NCBI GenBank assembly: GCA_044892505.1
Contig: CM097882.1
Coordinates: 20,646,001 to 20,710,000, forward strand
Reading direction: 5' to 3'
DNA from: Schmidtea nova
Lineage: Eukaryota
DNA: 64,000 bases
Part shown: in pieces, positions 44,501 through 54,876 of the stretch
Layout of the letters: the number at the start of each line of letters is the position of its first letter
Position numbering within the stretch: the stretch's first letter is position 1
Notes under the pieces: model-generated
The model's database searches: none
Seen by the model: only the letters and a program-made list of their open reading frames with translations
Told to the model about the DNA's origin: nothing
Translations under genes and position numbers: made by a program

Positions 44501-46101
44501 TTACCAGTTTTGCTACAAAGACCAGGAGATTCTCGTATTTCATTGACTTTAGTTATTAAAGCTTTAGCAGTAGATAGGTAAGGAGCATTATTCTCTAAAG
44601 TTGTTGGGTTTAATAAATAATGTTCATTATTGTTGTAGTCAATGACAAGCAGGATTTGTTGAGCTTGTGGTGGAGCAATAATTGAAAAAACAACTTGTGC
44701 TTTAGTTAGACGATCAATATTTAAAAAATCATTCAAATATTGAGTGCAGTCATCTAATATTGCAGTGCAAATGGTATTGTTTAAAAATATGAAACTTTCA
44801 CACAGATTTAAATTATTAAAATAATTTGTTAAAATATTATTCGTAATTTTAAAATTTAAAAAGTTTAGATTTAATGCCACTTGACCAAGTATTTTGGAAT
44901 GAATAGTGTCGAGCTTTTCAATTACTCTATCTCTATTGCAAATAGATCCTGAAATATATTGCTCCAAAAACATTATGAAAGTCGTGGCATGTTCTATTGG
45001 ATCATCAGAAAACATTGAAGTTCGAAAAAGAGTATGACGATGTTGTTGAAATTTTATTGAATTTTCTAAGATAAATTTATTTAAATAATCTGTCATATTT
45101 TCTCCAATTCCCAGCAGTCTTTCAGTTATATTCGTAGAGCGAACGTCAAAAATATAACTGCAGCCAAGACTAATTGAACAAAGAAAGAGACACCAATAGT
45201 TATCATTTGGAACAATACTGATAATAATGCGAATATCCTTAAATTGTTTAAAAGTAACATTGTCTCTTATATAAATATTATTTTGATTAATCAAATTAAT
45301 TGTTAGTTCAGGAGAAAACACAAGCACACTTGGATCATTTTGAAACCACTTATTTAAGAGTGTAGAAACACAAGCTTTCTCGTTGTTAAGTTTTATTGGT
45401 TTAACAATGTTGTTATTTTGGTGAATATTCTTTTTAAGCGCCATTGCTTTATTTAAATTAATTTTATTAAGAAAATGATTCTTTGGCAATCCACCACCCG
45501 ATAATTTGACATTGTGATTTGATTGACCTTTTTTAAAATCGTGGATCTGTTTTCTAATGTTCAAGATAAAATCATCAGGTAAACATTCCCATTCTCCACT
45601 AACAATCATTGCGTATGCACAAATAAAAGGTCCACAATCAAAATCATTATTTTGATATTTGAGATTTTTAATTGGATTGTCAGTTATTTGGTTGTGACGT
45701 TTGAATTTATTATTTAATACTGAGTTTATTTTTAGAGCATTAACTTTGCTGTCTAATCTATTCCTATAATTAAAGATTGGATCAATAAAATAAGAAGTCA
45801 AAGAAGTCTTGCAATAAACAAACAAGACCCAATGGCAATTATTAATATTGAGAGGACACAATATTACTTGGGATTCAAAAATTGTTTGAGGTATCGGAAA
45901 AATATCATCGGTCATATTTGAGCATAAAATACTTACAACAAAACATTTAATGAAAGCAAAACTAGGGTTGCTGATGTGACTTTCAAAGAAATAGTCAATG
46001 TCATCATCAGTGAACCAACATTTCAAATCATGAATGTCAAGAGTGCATTCTGCATCAGTCTCGTCAGACAATGCAGTACATGTAGAGGCTGATGCAGGCA
46101 C
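41539..46101 (-). CDS. A3 ORF2 polyprotein (1520 aa)
   Basis: Same motifs as A2; GQKGG>GLKGG substitution. Confidence 0.95.
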   Translation of the reverse strand: MPASASTCTALSDETDAECTLDIHDLKCWFTDDDIDYFFESHISNPSFAFIKCFVVSILCSNMTDDIFPIPQTIFESQVILCPLNINNCHWVLFVYCKTSLTSYFIDPIFNYRNRLDSKVNALKINSVLNNKFKRHNQITDNPIKNLKYQNNDFDCGPFICAYAMIVSGEWECLPDDFILNIRKQIHDFKKGQSNHNVKLSGGGLPKNHFLNKINLNKAMALKKNIHQNNNIVKPIKLNNEKACVSTLLNKWFQNDPSVLVFSPELTINLINQNNIYIRDNVTFKQFKDIRIIISIVPNDNYWCLFLCSISLGCSYIFDVRSTNITERLLGIGENMTDYLNKFILENSIKFQQHRHTLFRTSMFSDDPIEHATTFIMFLEQYISGSICNRDRVIEKLDTIHSKILGQVALNLNFLNFKITNNILTNYFNNLNLCESFIFLNNTICTAILDDCTQYLNDFLNIDRLTKAQVVFSIIAPPQAQQILLVIDYNNNEHYLLNPTTLENNAPYLSTAKALITKVNEIRESPGLCSKTGNCPHDVRGSGLVSRVLTCAFIKNYALDLSLENINLHDIGNVVNSLLPPVKECMEIPLTPLQIEKQHVKLKINQRITLINEHLLNLQNSNVNEITEFIITTIAKSKEEVNLTKLRRPYLGNKTNKDKPSNTNLASSFNKNMKKTINKIFMSDDIKDRPTIKDHIDNFSHRDPILKNHDKVFKFAIKSLNILNLNFISEKEVLYELKNADNTSPGLDGIQYKDIAILDPEGKLLTFLFNKIIRENTIPDVWKSFKTLMIPKHDKGDKYTLISSWRPIALLSVVYKLFSSILARRLTLWVNLNNVLHVGLKGGSIHDGCVEHNSILSSCLEHSKYSKNTPVAIAFLDIKDAFGSVPHDYMWAILRHIGMSEKFTKILKLLYTETSSFYTCGPIVTPNIAIKQGVKQGCPLSMVLFAIAINPVLQAVSLSSVNPFKLGESSIQVLAYADDIALIANNAKDLQMIINIAHDTASEIGFEYRPEKCAYIQLPSVNTTSEITVDNTIIKKLLNKEFYEYLGVPIGEDPDQSPYDILDKVVSDTKKLADSDLYGWQKLKAYKIFIHSRLIFPFRTREIKIRALSANIGNSTTKLRKYLRKMMNLSDHSEISYFYNSIENGGASCIDLLDEYHTQTISHFFRLFTSICPLAKKINIDSLKFVTGPRLGINNPSLQESFSWINGANMIKQHSGKKTRFYRPRTAIQHFEKTHKITISFEVLENEPIIRLTTITNGTIILKCLNRKAISKILHLALYDSYFTKWKNSNISGSSAYSLSPDINKAIFRGKLREGSWKFIHRARTNTLANFAKPYRKPDERICRRCHKDEETLLHVLQNCKVHQILALSRHNDCLEQITQHLKDPKLIVVVDHACSLVRDSKERVDLIITNNDKKTILMVDVKCPFDTIANFDDVNKRNIEKYESLKLKIKSAKPNFTVDLYTCIIGSLGSVPPATNDVLERMGVKISKIPDLLKACALSNISHSAKSWHFHATGFLPTT

Positions 46102-46107
46102 ATCCCA

Positions 46108-48529
46108 TCATTTGGTGATCGCCTTTGATAGTTTATGGTCTTTTCTAGTAGTCATTTTTCTAATGTCTGTATTTTTAGGTGGTAAACAAGATGTAGATTG
46201 CGCATCAATATCAGTTTCTAAGAGAGCCGATTTAATGATACCTGTATTATTTGAATCTACGACATTGGAGCTAACGCTAACATCTTTACAAGTGTCTTTA
46301 GAAATTTCAATAACATCAACAGATTCACTACTAGTCAGAAGATTTTCAAGAGAGTCAACAAGATCAAAGATAACTGAAGTCATTTCAGCATTACAAATTT
46401 TACGACATTTAATTGGAACCTGAAAATAATCTATGTTCTTATTCAAAAATCTTTTCTTGTCTCTTATTATAAAGTATATCAGTCGTTTAGCCTTGATTAT
46501 GTTAATGTCATCACACTCAGAACGGAATTCATTTATGTGTGAAAAGACAGAGTCTATTGTATTCAGTTGGTCACTTTTTAGGGGAAACAAGTTATTAATT
46601 AATTTTAAAAATTTATTAATTCTTTTAATTGTATCTTGTGAAATTATATTTTTTAATTTATCAATCTCACAGGTCAGCATCCATTGTTTGAATTTTATAA
46701 GTTTTTCCTGACAACTAATTCTAAAGTATGAAGACGAAGGTATTTTATCAACAAATTCAGAGCCCCACACTTCAAAAGAGTCAATAGTCAAGGAATCGCA
46801 TTTAACACAGTCTATAACTGAATGAATAAGTAAGGAATTTCGGAAATAATTGACAACATAATTATCATAATTTATATTTCTTGAATATTTAATATTACCT
46901 TTTAAGTTTAAATAATTAAGATAGTAAATTAATTCCACAATCTTAATAGGAGAAGCGGGTAATGATAAAAGTTGATCTAAATGCTTATCAGTTCTACACA
47001 TTTCATGCAAATCAAATAACCCAATATTAAACATTATATCAGAGGCATTGATAGAATCAGCTTCTTTCATCACAGATTTACAATCAACAGTAAATTTACC
47101 ATCTATAAATGAAATGTTCTTTGGAAAATCCCTATTTAATTTTAAACTATTAATTAAATTAATTAATTTATCAGGATTCTTTGAAATATTTTCAATAAAA
47201 ATCATTTCTTTTAGTTCAGGGTAATCCAGATAGAGTTTATTTATTTGTGATCTTGTAAGATTATTTGAAATTAATTCAAAACCAGCATTATGACAATTAT
47301 CAGAAGTGGAAAAGTCTTTCATTATAAAGTCACCGTCAACATACCTTATTTCTGATTTAACAAGAAAGTCTGGCAATTGTTTTTGCAATTTTAACAAATC
47401 TAAGGCTTTATTAATAACGCTTCCCTTTTGAATTTCATTTTTAATAGAGACAGTTTTTGCCAATTTGCTTGAGAGAGCAAATAAAAATTTTTTTTATTTC
47501 TAAAGGTGCAGGAATGAGGTTAGATGTAAAATTATCGGTAGCAATAATATCCGAAATAAATGTTTTTTTCTTATTAAGAATATTAGGGTTTTGAGGAAGT
47601 TGATTAGAGTTAGCCATTTTATTACTATTTAATTTAATCGAAGCACAAAAATTATTGTTTCGATAAAATATATGATCAAAATCCTCAACAAACTTAAAAT
47701 TTGAATTATTTATTAAAGAAAGTTCATAATTTATACGATCATATTTATTTACGGATTTCTTTAATTTTAATAGTTCTTTTAAACGTGGAAAATTATTAAT
47801 TAAATTGGTACGCTCATTTTTAGTTAAAATCCGGGGTAAAAAATCAAATTTAAATTCATCAATTTTAACATTTCTTTTCCCCTTATTTAGTGAAATTTTA
47901 ACAAATTTTTTAATTAAAGTTTTACTAAAACTATCATCAGAAACTAGGTCTAAATTTTGACCGTCTGCTTCAGCGTAAGATTTATCAGAAGGTTTTGGTA
48001 TATCATTTATATCATTAGAATTATTATTTAATTTTATATTACTATTTAATTTAGAAATATGATTATTTTTATTATTATTAAAATTATGAAAATTAGGAGC
48101 ATTATCAAAATTATTAACGTTTAAAGAATTCAAGATTCCAACAATCAAATCAAGTTTACCCTGAAAATCAACAAAGTTCTTCTCCAGAGCCACCATTCGT
48201 TGGAAAAGTCCATCATCAGAAGTTGGAGGAAATGAAATTCCATCTGATTTTTCAGGCAAAACATCCATTTTAGATTGTGTCTTGGGTAAATAATTTGCCT
48301 GAAAAGCATTGAAATTTCTCTCAGGAATCTCCACTCGTCGGCCAGGTTCATCTTTAAGCATAGAGATTTCTTCTGATCTTTTCTTTAAAATATCCATAAG
48401 AGATTGAGAAGATTGAATTTGTCTTCTCAGAAAATCAACGATTAGCATATTTTCATTTAGATTTGACTGATTACACAATAAATCATCAGAGTGACTCTGA
48501 TTGGCCGATTGCATAATACCAGTGTGCAT
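46108..48529 (-). pseudogene. A3 ORF1, +1 frameshift in a T8 run (T7 elsewhere) at ~47490
   Basis: ORFs 47441-48529 and 46108-47463 overlap in different frames. Confidence 0.85.
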
Positions 48530-48881
48530 GATTGAGTAGGATTATTTTCTTTTTTCAACGATTATACCAAACACAACAAATTTACTAGAAAATATATTAT
48601 CTTTTATTCTTCTGTTTATTTCATCAAAATTAAAAGATTAGTTTTTGTTGGTTTGAATAATTTTTTATGAGAATATCGTGAAATATTTGTTTTTTTCATA
48701 GACGTAAAAATTTGAATGATATTTAAAAATGCACAACTAGACGTGAAAGATAGAAATAATTGAGTTTGAAGGATTTAGAATTTCAAAATGATTCATGTGT
48801 TTTATTGTGTAATATCTTATAAATTAAAAAATTTCATTGTTTGCTTTATTGATGATTCAAAACTGATTTTAAGAAAATATA

Positions 48882-48953
48882 TGCCCCCAGAGAGAATTGA
48901 ACTCTCGACCCCTGGTTTACGAGACCAGTGCTCTACCTCTGAGCTATAGGGGC
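48882..48953 (-). tRNA. tRNA-Thr(CGT), type X
   Basis: Full cloverleaf. Confidence 0.96.
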
Positions 48954-49113
48954 TTAATATTTGAAACTTTGAAACTTATTTTTAAACAATCAATCTTTGA
49001 AAACATTAATTGTTGACAAATTTCGAAAGGTTGTAAAGCTTGTCAAATAAAATTGAAATTAATTCAAGGTATTTTGACTTTATTCTAAATCTTTTAAATC
49101 AAAAAAAATAAAA

Positions 49114-49185
49114 TGCCCCCAGAGAGATTTGAACTCTCGACCCCTGGTTTACAAGACCAGTGCTCTACCCCTGAGCTATAGGGGC
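49114..49185 (-). tRNA. tRNA-Thr(TGT), type Y
   Basis: Full cloverleaf. Confidence 0.96.
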
Positions 49186-49365
49186 TCGAAATTATTCTTG
49201 ATTTGTGAAATCTTCTCAATTCTTTTGGAGTTTCTAAATTCAAATTTTAAAATTTCTTAAATTTTCAGACACTAATTTTCGAAAAATTGTTGTCAAAGTT
49301 GTCTCAAAAAATTGCAAAATGTCGACAAGACGATTTTCAATTTGGTAATTGATTGTAAAAATTAT

Positions 49366-49437
49366 TGCCCCCAGAGAGATTTGAACTCTCGACCCCTGGT
49401 TTACAAGACCAGTGCTCTACCCCTGAGCTATAGGGGC
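49366..49437 (-). tRNA. tRNA-Thr(TGT), type Z
   Basis: Full cloverleaf. Confidence 0.96.
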
Positions 49438-49783
49438 CATGACAAATTTTCTTTTTTCAACGATTATACCAAACACAACAAATTTACTAGAAAATATATT
49501 ATCTTTTATTCTTCTGTTTATTTCATCAAAATTAAAAGATTAGTTTTTGTTGGTTTGAATAATTTTTTATGAGAATATCGTGAAATATTTGTTTTTTTCA
49601 TAGACGTAAAAATTTGAATAATATTTAAAAATGCACAACTAGACGTGAAAGATAGAAATAATTGAGTTTGAAGGATTTGGAATTTCAAAATGATTCATGT
49701 GTTTTATTGTGTAATATCTTATAAATTAAAAAATTTCATTGTTTGCTTTATTGATGATTCAAAACTGATTTTAAGAAAATATA

Positions 49784-49826
49784 TGCCCCCAGAGAGAATT
49801 GAACTCTCGACCCCTGGTTTACGAGA
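49784..49826 (-). pseudogene. 3' half of tRNA-Thr(CGT) interrupted by A4
   Basis: ...GGTTTACGAGA|TTAAACATTT. Confidence 0.95.
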
Positions 49827-50307
49827 TTAAACATTTATTATGATAACAAATTTTAGATTTTACACAAATGAGACGGTTCAACTTGGAACCTGCCATTCAA
49901 ATCAATAATGTTTTAATGAGACAATTTTCAGTTTTTGTAATATCACATTGCGAAAATATCTGTCTCAAGAAATCAAATCTCTTTGAATCTTCTCTGGCAT
50001 TCTCTGATTTTCATCGGGATATCATTCCGGCTTTGCGATTTCAAGTTGAGAATAGTATCAAAATTGAAGTTCTCGCAGCTGCATTTTTCTGATTTACAGG
50101 ACAGTTGAATACAATATGATCTCGATGCTAGATATTATTTCAAATGCTTTTTTTCTAAATTAAAAATAGAGCAATTCTCTGAATAAAGATTAGGATAATA
50201 AACTTTAATGACTTTCAAGGTAGTCAAGAAATGACTAACGGAAAAAATGAATTACACAAAACAGAAAAATAATGATAATGCTCCTAATTTCGCAATAAAA
50301 ATAATTT

Positions 50308-53300
50308 TTATGTGGTTGGAAGAAAACCAGTAGCATGAAAATGCCATGATTTGGCAGAGTGCGAGATGTTACTAAGCGCACATGCTTTCAATAGATCGGG
50401 TATTTTCGAAATCTTTACACCCATTTTTTCAAGAACATCATTAGTTGCTGGTGGAACAGATCCTAAAGAACCAATTATACAAGTGTACAAGTCAACTGTA
50501 AAGTTTGGTTTAGCTGATTTGATTTTCAATTTTAGAGATTCATATTTTTCTATATTTCTTTTATTGACATCATCAAAATTTGCTATTGTGTCAAAGGGAC
50601 ACTTTACGTCAACCATGAGAATTGTCTTTTTGTCATTGTTGGTAATAATTAAATCAACTCGTTCTTTAGAGTCGCGAACTAACGAACATGCATGGTCCAC
50701 TACAACAATCAATTTAGGGTCTTTTAAATGTTGAGTAATCTGTTCGAGACAGTCGTTGTGACGCGAAAGTGCAAGAATTTGATGAACTTTACAATTTTGT
50801 AGGACATGTAACAAAGTTTCTTCATCTTTATGACAACGTCGACAAATCCTCTCATCAGGTTTTCTATTTGGTTTTGCGAAATTAGCTAGAGTATTTGTTC
50901 TTGCACGATGGATGAATTTCCAAGAACCTTCACGCAATTTCCCTCTAAATATCGCTTTGTTTATGTCGGGAGATAAGCTATATGCTGATGACCCACTTAT
51001 GTTACTATTTTTCCATTTAGTAAAATAAGAGTCATAGAGAGCAAGGTGCAAAATCTTTGAGATGGCTTTTCGGTTTAAGCACTTCAATATAATTGTGCCA
51101 TTTGTAATTGTTGTGAGACGAATGATGGGTTCGTTTTCCAACACTTCAAACGATATTGTTATTTTGTGTGTCTTTTCAAAATATTGAATTGCTGTGCGTG
51201 GTCGGTAAAATCGGGTTTTCTTTCCCGAATGTTGTTTAATCGTGTTGGCTCCATTAATCCAACTGAAGCTTTCTTGTAGCGATGGGTTGTTAATTCCAAG
51301 TCGAGGCCCAGTTACAAACTTTAGTGAATCTATATTTATCTTTTTTGCCAAGGGACAGATTGAAGTAAAAAGTCTAAAGAAATGACTGATGGTTTGTGTG
51401 TGATATTCGTCGAGTAGATCAATACAAGAAGCACCTCCATTTTCAATAGAGTTGTAAAAGTAGCTGATTTCAGAATGATCAGACAAATTCATCATTTTTC
51501 TTAAATACTTCCTAAGCTTTGTTGTACTATTACCGATATTAGCAGAAAGAGCACTAATTTTAATTTCTCTTGTTCTAAATGGGAAAATTAGACGAGAGTG
51601 TATGAAAATCTTGTAAGCTTTCAGCTTTTGCCAGCCGTACAAGTCTGAGTCGGCAAGTTTCTTGGTATCACTAACCACCTTATCAAGGATGTCATAAGGA
51701 CTTTGGTCAGGGTCTTCACCTATTGGTACTCCAAGATATTCATAAAATTCTTTATTTAATAATTTCTTAATGATTGTATTGTCGACAGTTATCTCACTTG
51801 TTGTATTGACACTTGGAAGTTGAATAAATGCACATTTTTCTGGTCGATACTCAAAGCCTATTTCAGATGCAGTGTCATGTGCAATGTTTATTATCATTTG
51901 CAAGTCCTTAGCATTATTAGCAATAAGAGCAATATCGTCAGCATATGCAAGAACTTGGATTGAAGATTCACCAAGTTTAAAAGGATTGACACTTGAAAGA
52001 CTAACAGCTTGAAGAACAGGATTGATTGCTATTGCAAACAAGACCATTGAAAGAGGACATCCTTGTTTAACTCCTTGTTTTATTGCAATGTTTGGTGTTA
52101 CAATCGGACCACAGGTATAGAAGGAGCTAGTTTCAGTGTACAAAAGTTTCAAAATCTTAGTAAATTTCTCACTCATTCCAATATGACGCAAAATCGCCCA
52201 CATGTAATCATGAGGTACACTACCAAAAGCGTCCTTAATGTCAAGAAATGCAATAGCAACAGGTGTATTTTTACTGTATTTCGAGTGTTCAAGACAAGAT
52301 GAAAGTATGGAATTGTGTTCAACACATCCATCATGAATAGAACCTCCTTTTTGTCCAACATGAAGAACATTATTTAGATTCACCCACAGTGTCAAACGTC
52401 TAGCTAAAATTGATGAGAATAATTTGTAAACAACAGATAACAAAGCAATTGGACGCCAAGATGAGATTAAAGTGTATTTATCACCCTTGTCGTGTTTAGG
52501 AATCATTAACGTTTTGAAGGTTTTCCAAACGTCTGGAATTGTATTTTCCCTAATGATTTTATTAAATAAAAAGGTCAACAATTTACCCTCTGGATCAAGA
52601 ATTGCAATGTCTTTATATTGAATTCCATCAAGCCCAGGAGAAGTATTATCAGCGTTTTTCAACTCATAGAGTACCTCTTTTTCACTGATCAAATTCAGAT
52701 TTAGAGTATTTAAAGATTTAATTGCAAATTTAAAAACTTTGTCATGATTCTTTAAAATAGGATCTCGATGACTAAAATTATCTATGTGATCTTTAATTGT
52801 TGGTCTATCCTTTATGTCGTCACTCATAAATATTTTATTTATTGTCTTTTTCATATTTTTATTAAAAGATGACGCCAAGTTAGTATTAGATGGTTTGTCT
52901 TTATTTGTTTTGTTTCCTAAATATGGCCTACGTAATTTAGTTAAATTGACTTCTTCTTTACTTTTGGCAATAGTAGTAATAATAAATTCCGTTATTTCGT
53001 TAACATTTGAATTTTGTAGATTTAACAAATGCTCATTTATCAAAGTTATACGTTGATTTATTTTAAGTTTAACATGTTGCTTTTCAATTTGTAAAGGCGT
53101 TAATGGAATTTCCATACATTCTTTTACAGGTGGTAGGAGAGAATTTACAACATTACCAATGTCATGCAAATTAATGTTTTCAAGAGACAAGTCTAGAGCG
53201 TAATTCTTGATGAAAGCACAGATGAGAACCCTGCTTACAAGACCAGAACCTCGAACATCATGTGGACAATTACCAGTTTTGCTACAAAGACCAGGAGATT

Positions 53301-54870
53301 CTCGTATTTCATTGACTTTAGTTATTAAAGCTTTAGCAGTAGATAGGTAAGGAGCATTATTCTCTAAAGTTGTTGGGTTTAATAAATAATGTTCATTATT
53401 GTTGTAGTCAATGACAAGCAGGATTTGTTGAGCTTGTGGTGGAGCAATAATTGAAAAAACAACTTGTGCTTTAGTTAGACGATCAATATTTAAAAAATCA
53501 TTCAAATATTGAGTGCAGTCATCTAATATTGCAGTGCAAATGGTATTGTTTAAAAATATGAAACTTTCACACAGATTTAAATTATTAAAATAATTTGTTA
53601 AAATATTATTCGTAATTTTAAAATTTAAAAAGTTTAGATTTAATGCCACTTGACCAAGTATTTTGGAATGAATAGTGTCGAGCTTTTCAATTACTCTATC
53701 TCTATTGCAAATAGATCCTGAAATATATTGCTCCAAAAACATTATGAAAGTCGTGGCATGTTCTATTGGATCATCAGAAAACATTGAAGTTCGAAAAAGA
53801 GTATGACGATGTTGTTGAAATTTTATTGAATTTTCTAAGATAAATTTATTTAAATAATCTGTCATATTTTCTCCAATTCCCAGCAGTCTTTCAGTTATAT
53901 TCGTAGAGCGAACGTCAAAAATATAACTGCAGCCAAGACTAATTGAACAAAGAAAGAGACACCAATAGTTATCATTTGGAACAATACTGATAATAATGCG
54001 AATATCCTTAAATTGTTTAAAAGTAACATTGTCTCTTATATAAATATTATTTTGATTAATCAAATTAATTGTTAGTTCAGGAGAAAACACAAGCACACTT
54101 GGATCATTTTGAAACCACTTATTTAAGAGTGTAGAAACACAAGCTTTCTCGTTGTTAAGTTTTATTGGTTTAACAATGTTGTTATTTTGGTGAATATTCT
54201 TTTTAAGCGCCATTGCTTTATTTAAATTAATTTTATTAAGAAAATGATTCTTTGGCAATCCACCACCCGATAATTTGACATTGTGATTTGATTGACCTTT
54301 TTTAAAATCGTGGATCTGTTTTCTAATGTTCAAGATAAAATCATCAGGTAAACATTCCCATTCTCCACTAACAATCATTGCGTATGCACAAATAAAAGGT
54401 CCACAATCAAAATCATTATTTTGATATTTGAGATTTTTAATTGGATTGTCAGTTATTTGGTTGTGACGTTTGAATTTATTATTTAATACTGAGTTTATTT
54501 TTAGAGCATTAACTTTGCTGTCTAATCTATTCCTATAATTAAAGATTGGATCAATAAAATAAGACGTCAAAGAAGTCTTGCAATAAACAAACAAGACCCA
54601 ATGGCAATTATTAATATTGAGAGGACACAATATTACTTGGGATTCAAAAATTGTTTGAGGTATCGGAAAAATATCATCGGTCATATTTGAGCATAAAATA
54701 CTTACAACAAAACATTTAATGAAAGCAAAACTAGGGTTGCTGATGTGACTTTCAAAGAAATAGTCAATGTCATCATCAGTGAACCAACATTTCAAATCAT
54801 GAATGTCAAGAGTGCATTCTGCATCAGTCTCGTCAGACAATGCAGTACATGTAGAGGCTGATGCAGGCAC
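50308..54870 (-). CDS. A4 ORF2 polyprotein (1520 aa)
   Basis: Same motifs as A2. Confidence 0.97.
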   Translation of the reverse strand: MPASASTCTALSDETDAECTLDIHDLKCWFTDDDIDYFFESHISNPSFAFIKCFVVSILCSNMTDDIFPIPQTIFESQVILCPLNINNCHWVLFVYCKTSLTSYFIDPIFNYRNRLDSKVNALKINSVLNNKFKRHNQITDNPIKNLKYQNNDFDCGPFICAYAMIVSGEWECLPDDFILNIRKQIHDFKKGQSNHNVKLSGGGLPKNHFLNKINLNKAMALKKNIHQNNNIVKPIKLNNEKACVSTLLNKWFQNDPSVLVFSPELTINLINQNNIYIRDNVTFKQFKDIRIIISIVPNDNYWCLFLCSISLGCSYIFDVRSTNITERLLGIGENMTDYLNKFILENSIKFQQHRHTLFRTSMFSDDPIEHATTFIMFLEQYISGSICNRDRVIEKLDTIHSKILGQVALNLNFLNFKITNNILTNYFNNLNLCESFIFLNNTICTAILDDCTQYLNDFLNIDRLTKAQVVFSIIAPPQAQQILLVIDYNNNEHYLLNPTTLENNAPYLSTAKALITKVNEIRESPGLCSKTGNCPHDVRGSGLVSRVLICAFIKNYALDLSLENINLHDIGNVVNSLLPPVKECMEIPLTPLQIEKQHVKLKINQRITLINEHLLNLQNSNVNEITEFIITTIAKSKEEVNLTKLRRPYLGNKTNKDKPSNTNLASSFNKNMKKTINKIFMSDDIKDRPTIKDHIDNFSHRDPILKNHDKVFKFAIKSLNTLNLNLISEKEVLYELKNADNTSPGLDGIQYKDIAILDPEGKLLTFLFNKIIRENTIPDVWKTFKTLMIPKHDKGDKYTLISSWRPIALLSVVYKLFSSILARRLTLWVNLNNVLHVGQKGGSIHDGCVEHNSILSSCLEHSKYSKNTPVAIAFLDIKDAFGSVPHDYMWAILRHIGMSEKFTKILKLLYTETSSFYTCGPIVTPNIAIKQGVKQGCPLSMVLFAIAINPVLQAVSLSSVNPFKLGESSIQVLAYADDIALIANNAKDLQMIINIAHDTASEIGFEYRPEKCAFIQLPSVNTTSEITVDNTIIKKLLNKEFYEYLGVPIGEDPDQSPYDILDKVVSDTKKLADSDLYGWQKLKAYKIFIHSRLIFPFRTREIKISALSANIGNSTTKLRKYLRKMMNLSDHSEISYFYNSIENGGASCIDLLDEYHTQTISHFFRLFTSICPLAKKINIDSLKFVTGPRLGINNPSLQESFSWINGANTIKQHSGKKTRFYRPRTAIQYFEKTHKITISFEVLENEPIIRLTTITNGTIILKCLNRKAISKILHLALYDSYFTKWKNSNISGSSAYSLSPDINKAIFRGKLREGSWKFIHRARTNTLANFAKPNRKPDERICRRCHKDEETLLHVLQNCKVHQILALSRHNDCLEQITQHLKDPKLIVVVDHACSLVRDSKERVDLIITNNDKKTILMVDVKCPFDTIANFDDVNKRNIEKYESLKLKIKSAKPNFTVDLYTCIIGSLGSVPPATNDVLEKMGVKISKIPDLLKACALSNISHSAKSWHFHATGFLPTT

Positions 54871-54876
54871 ATCCCA

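Larger units (their letters stand above)
41019..48543 (-). mobile_element. RLE non-LTR retrotransposon, lineage A copy 3
   Basis: ORF2 open; ORF1 has a 1-bp homopolymer frameshift. Confidence 0.96.
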
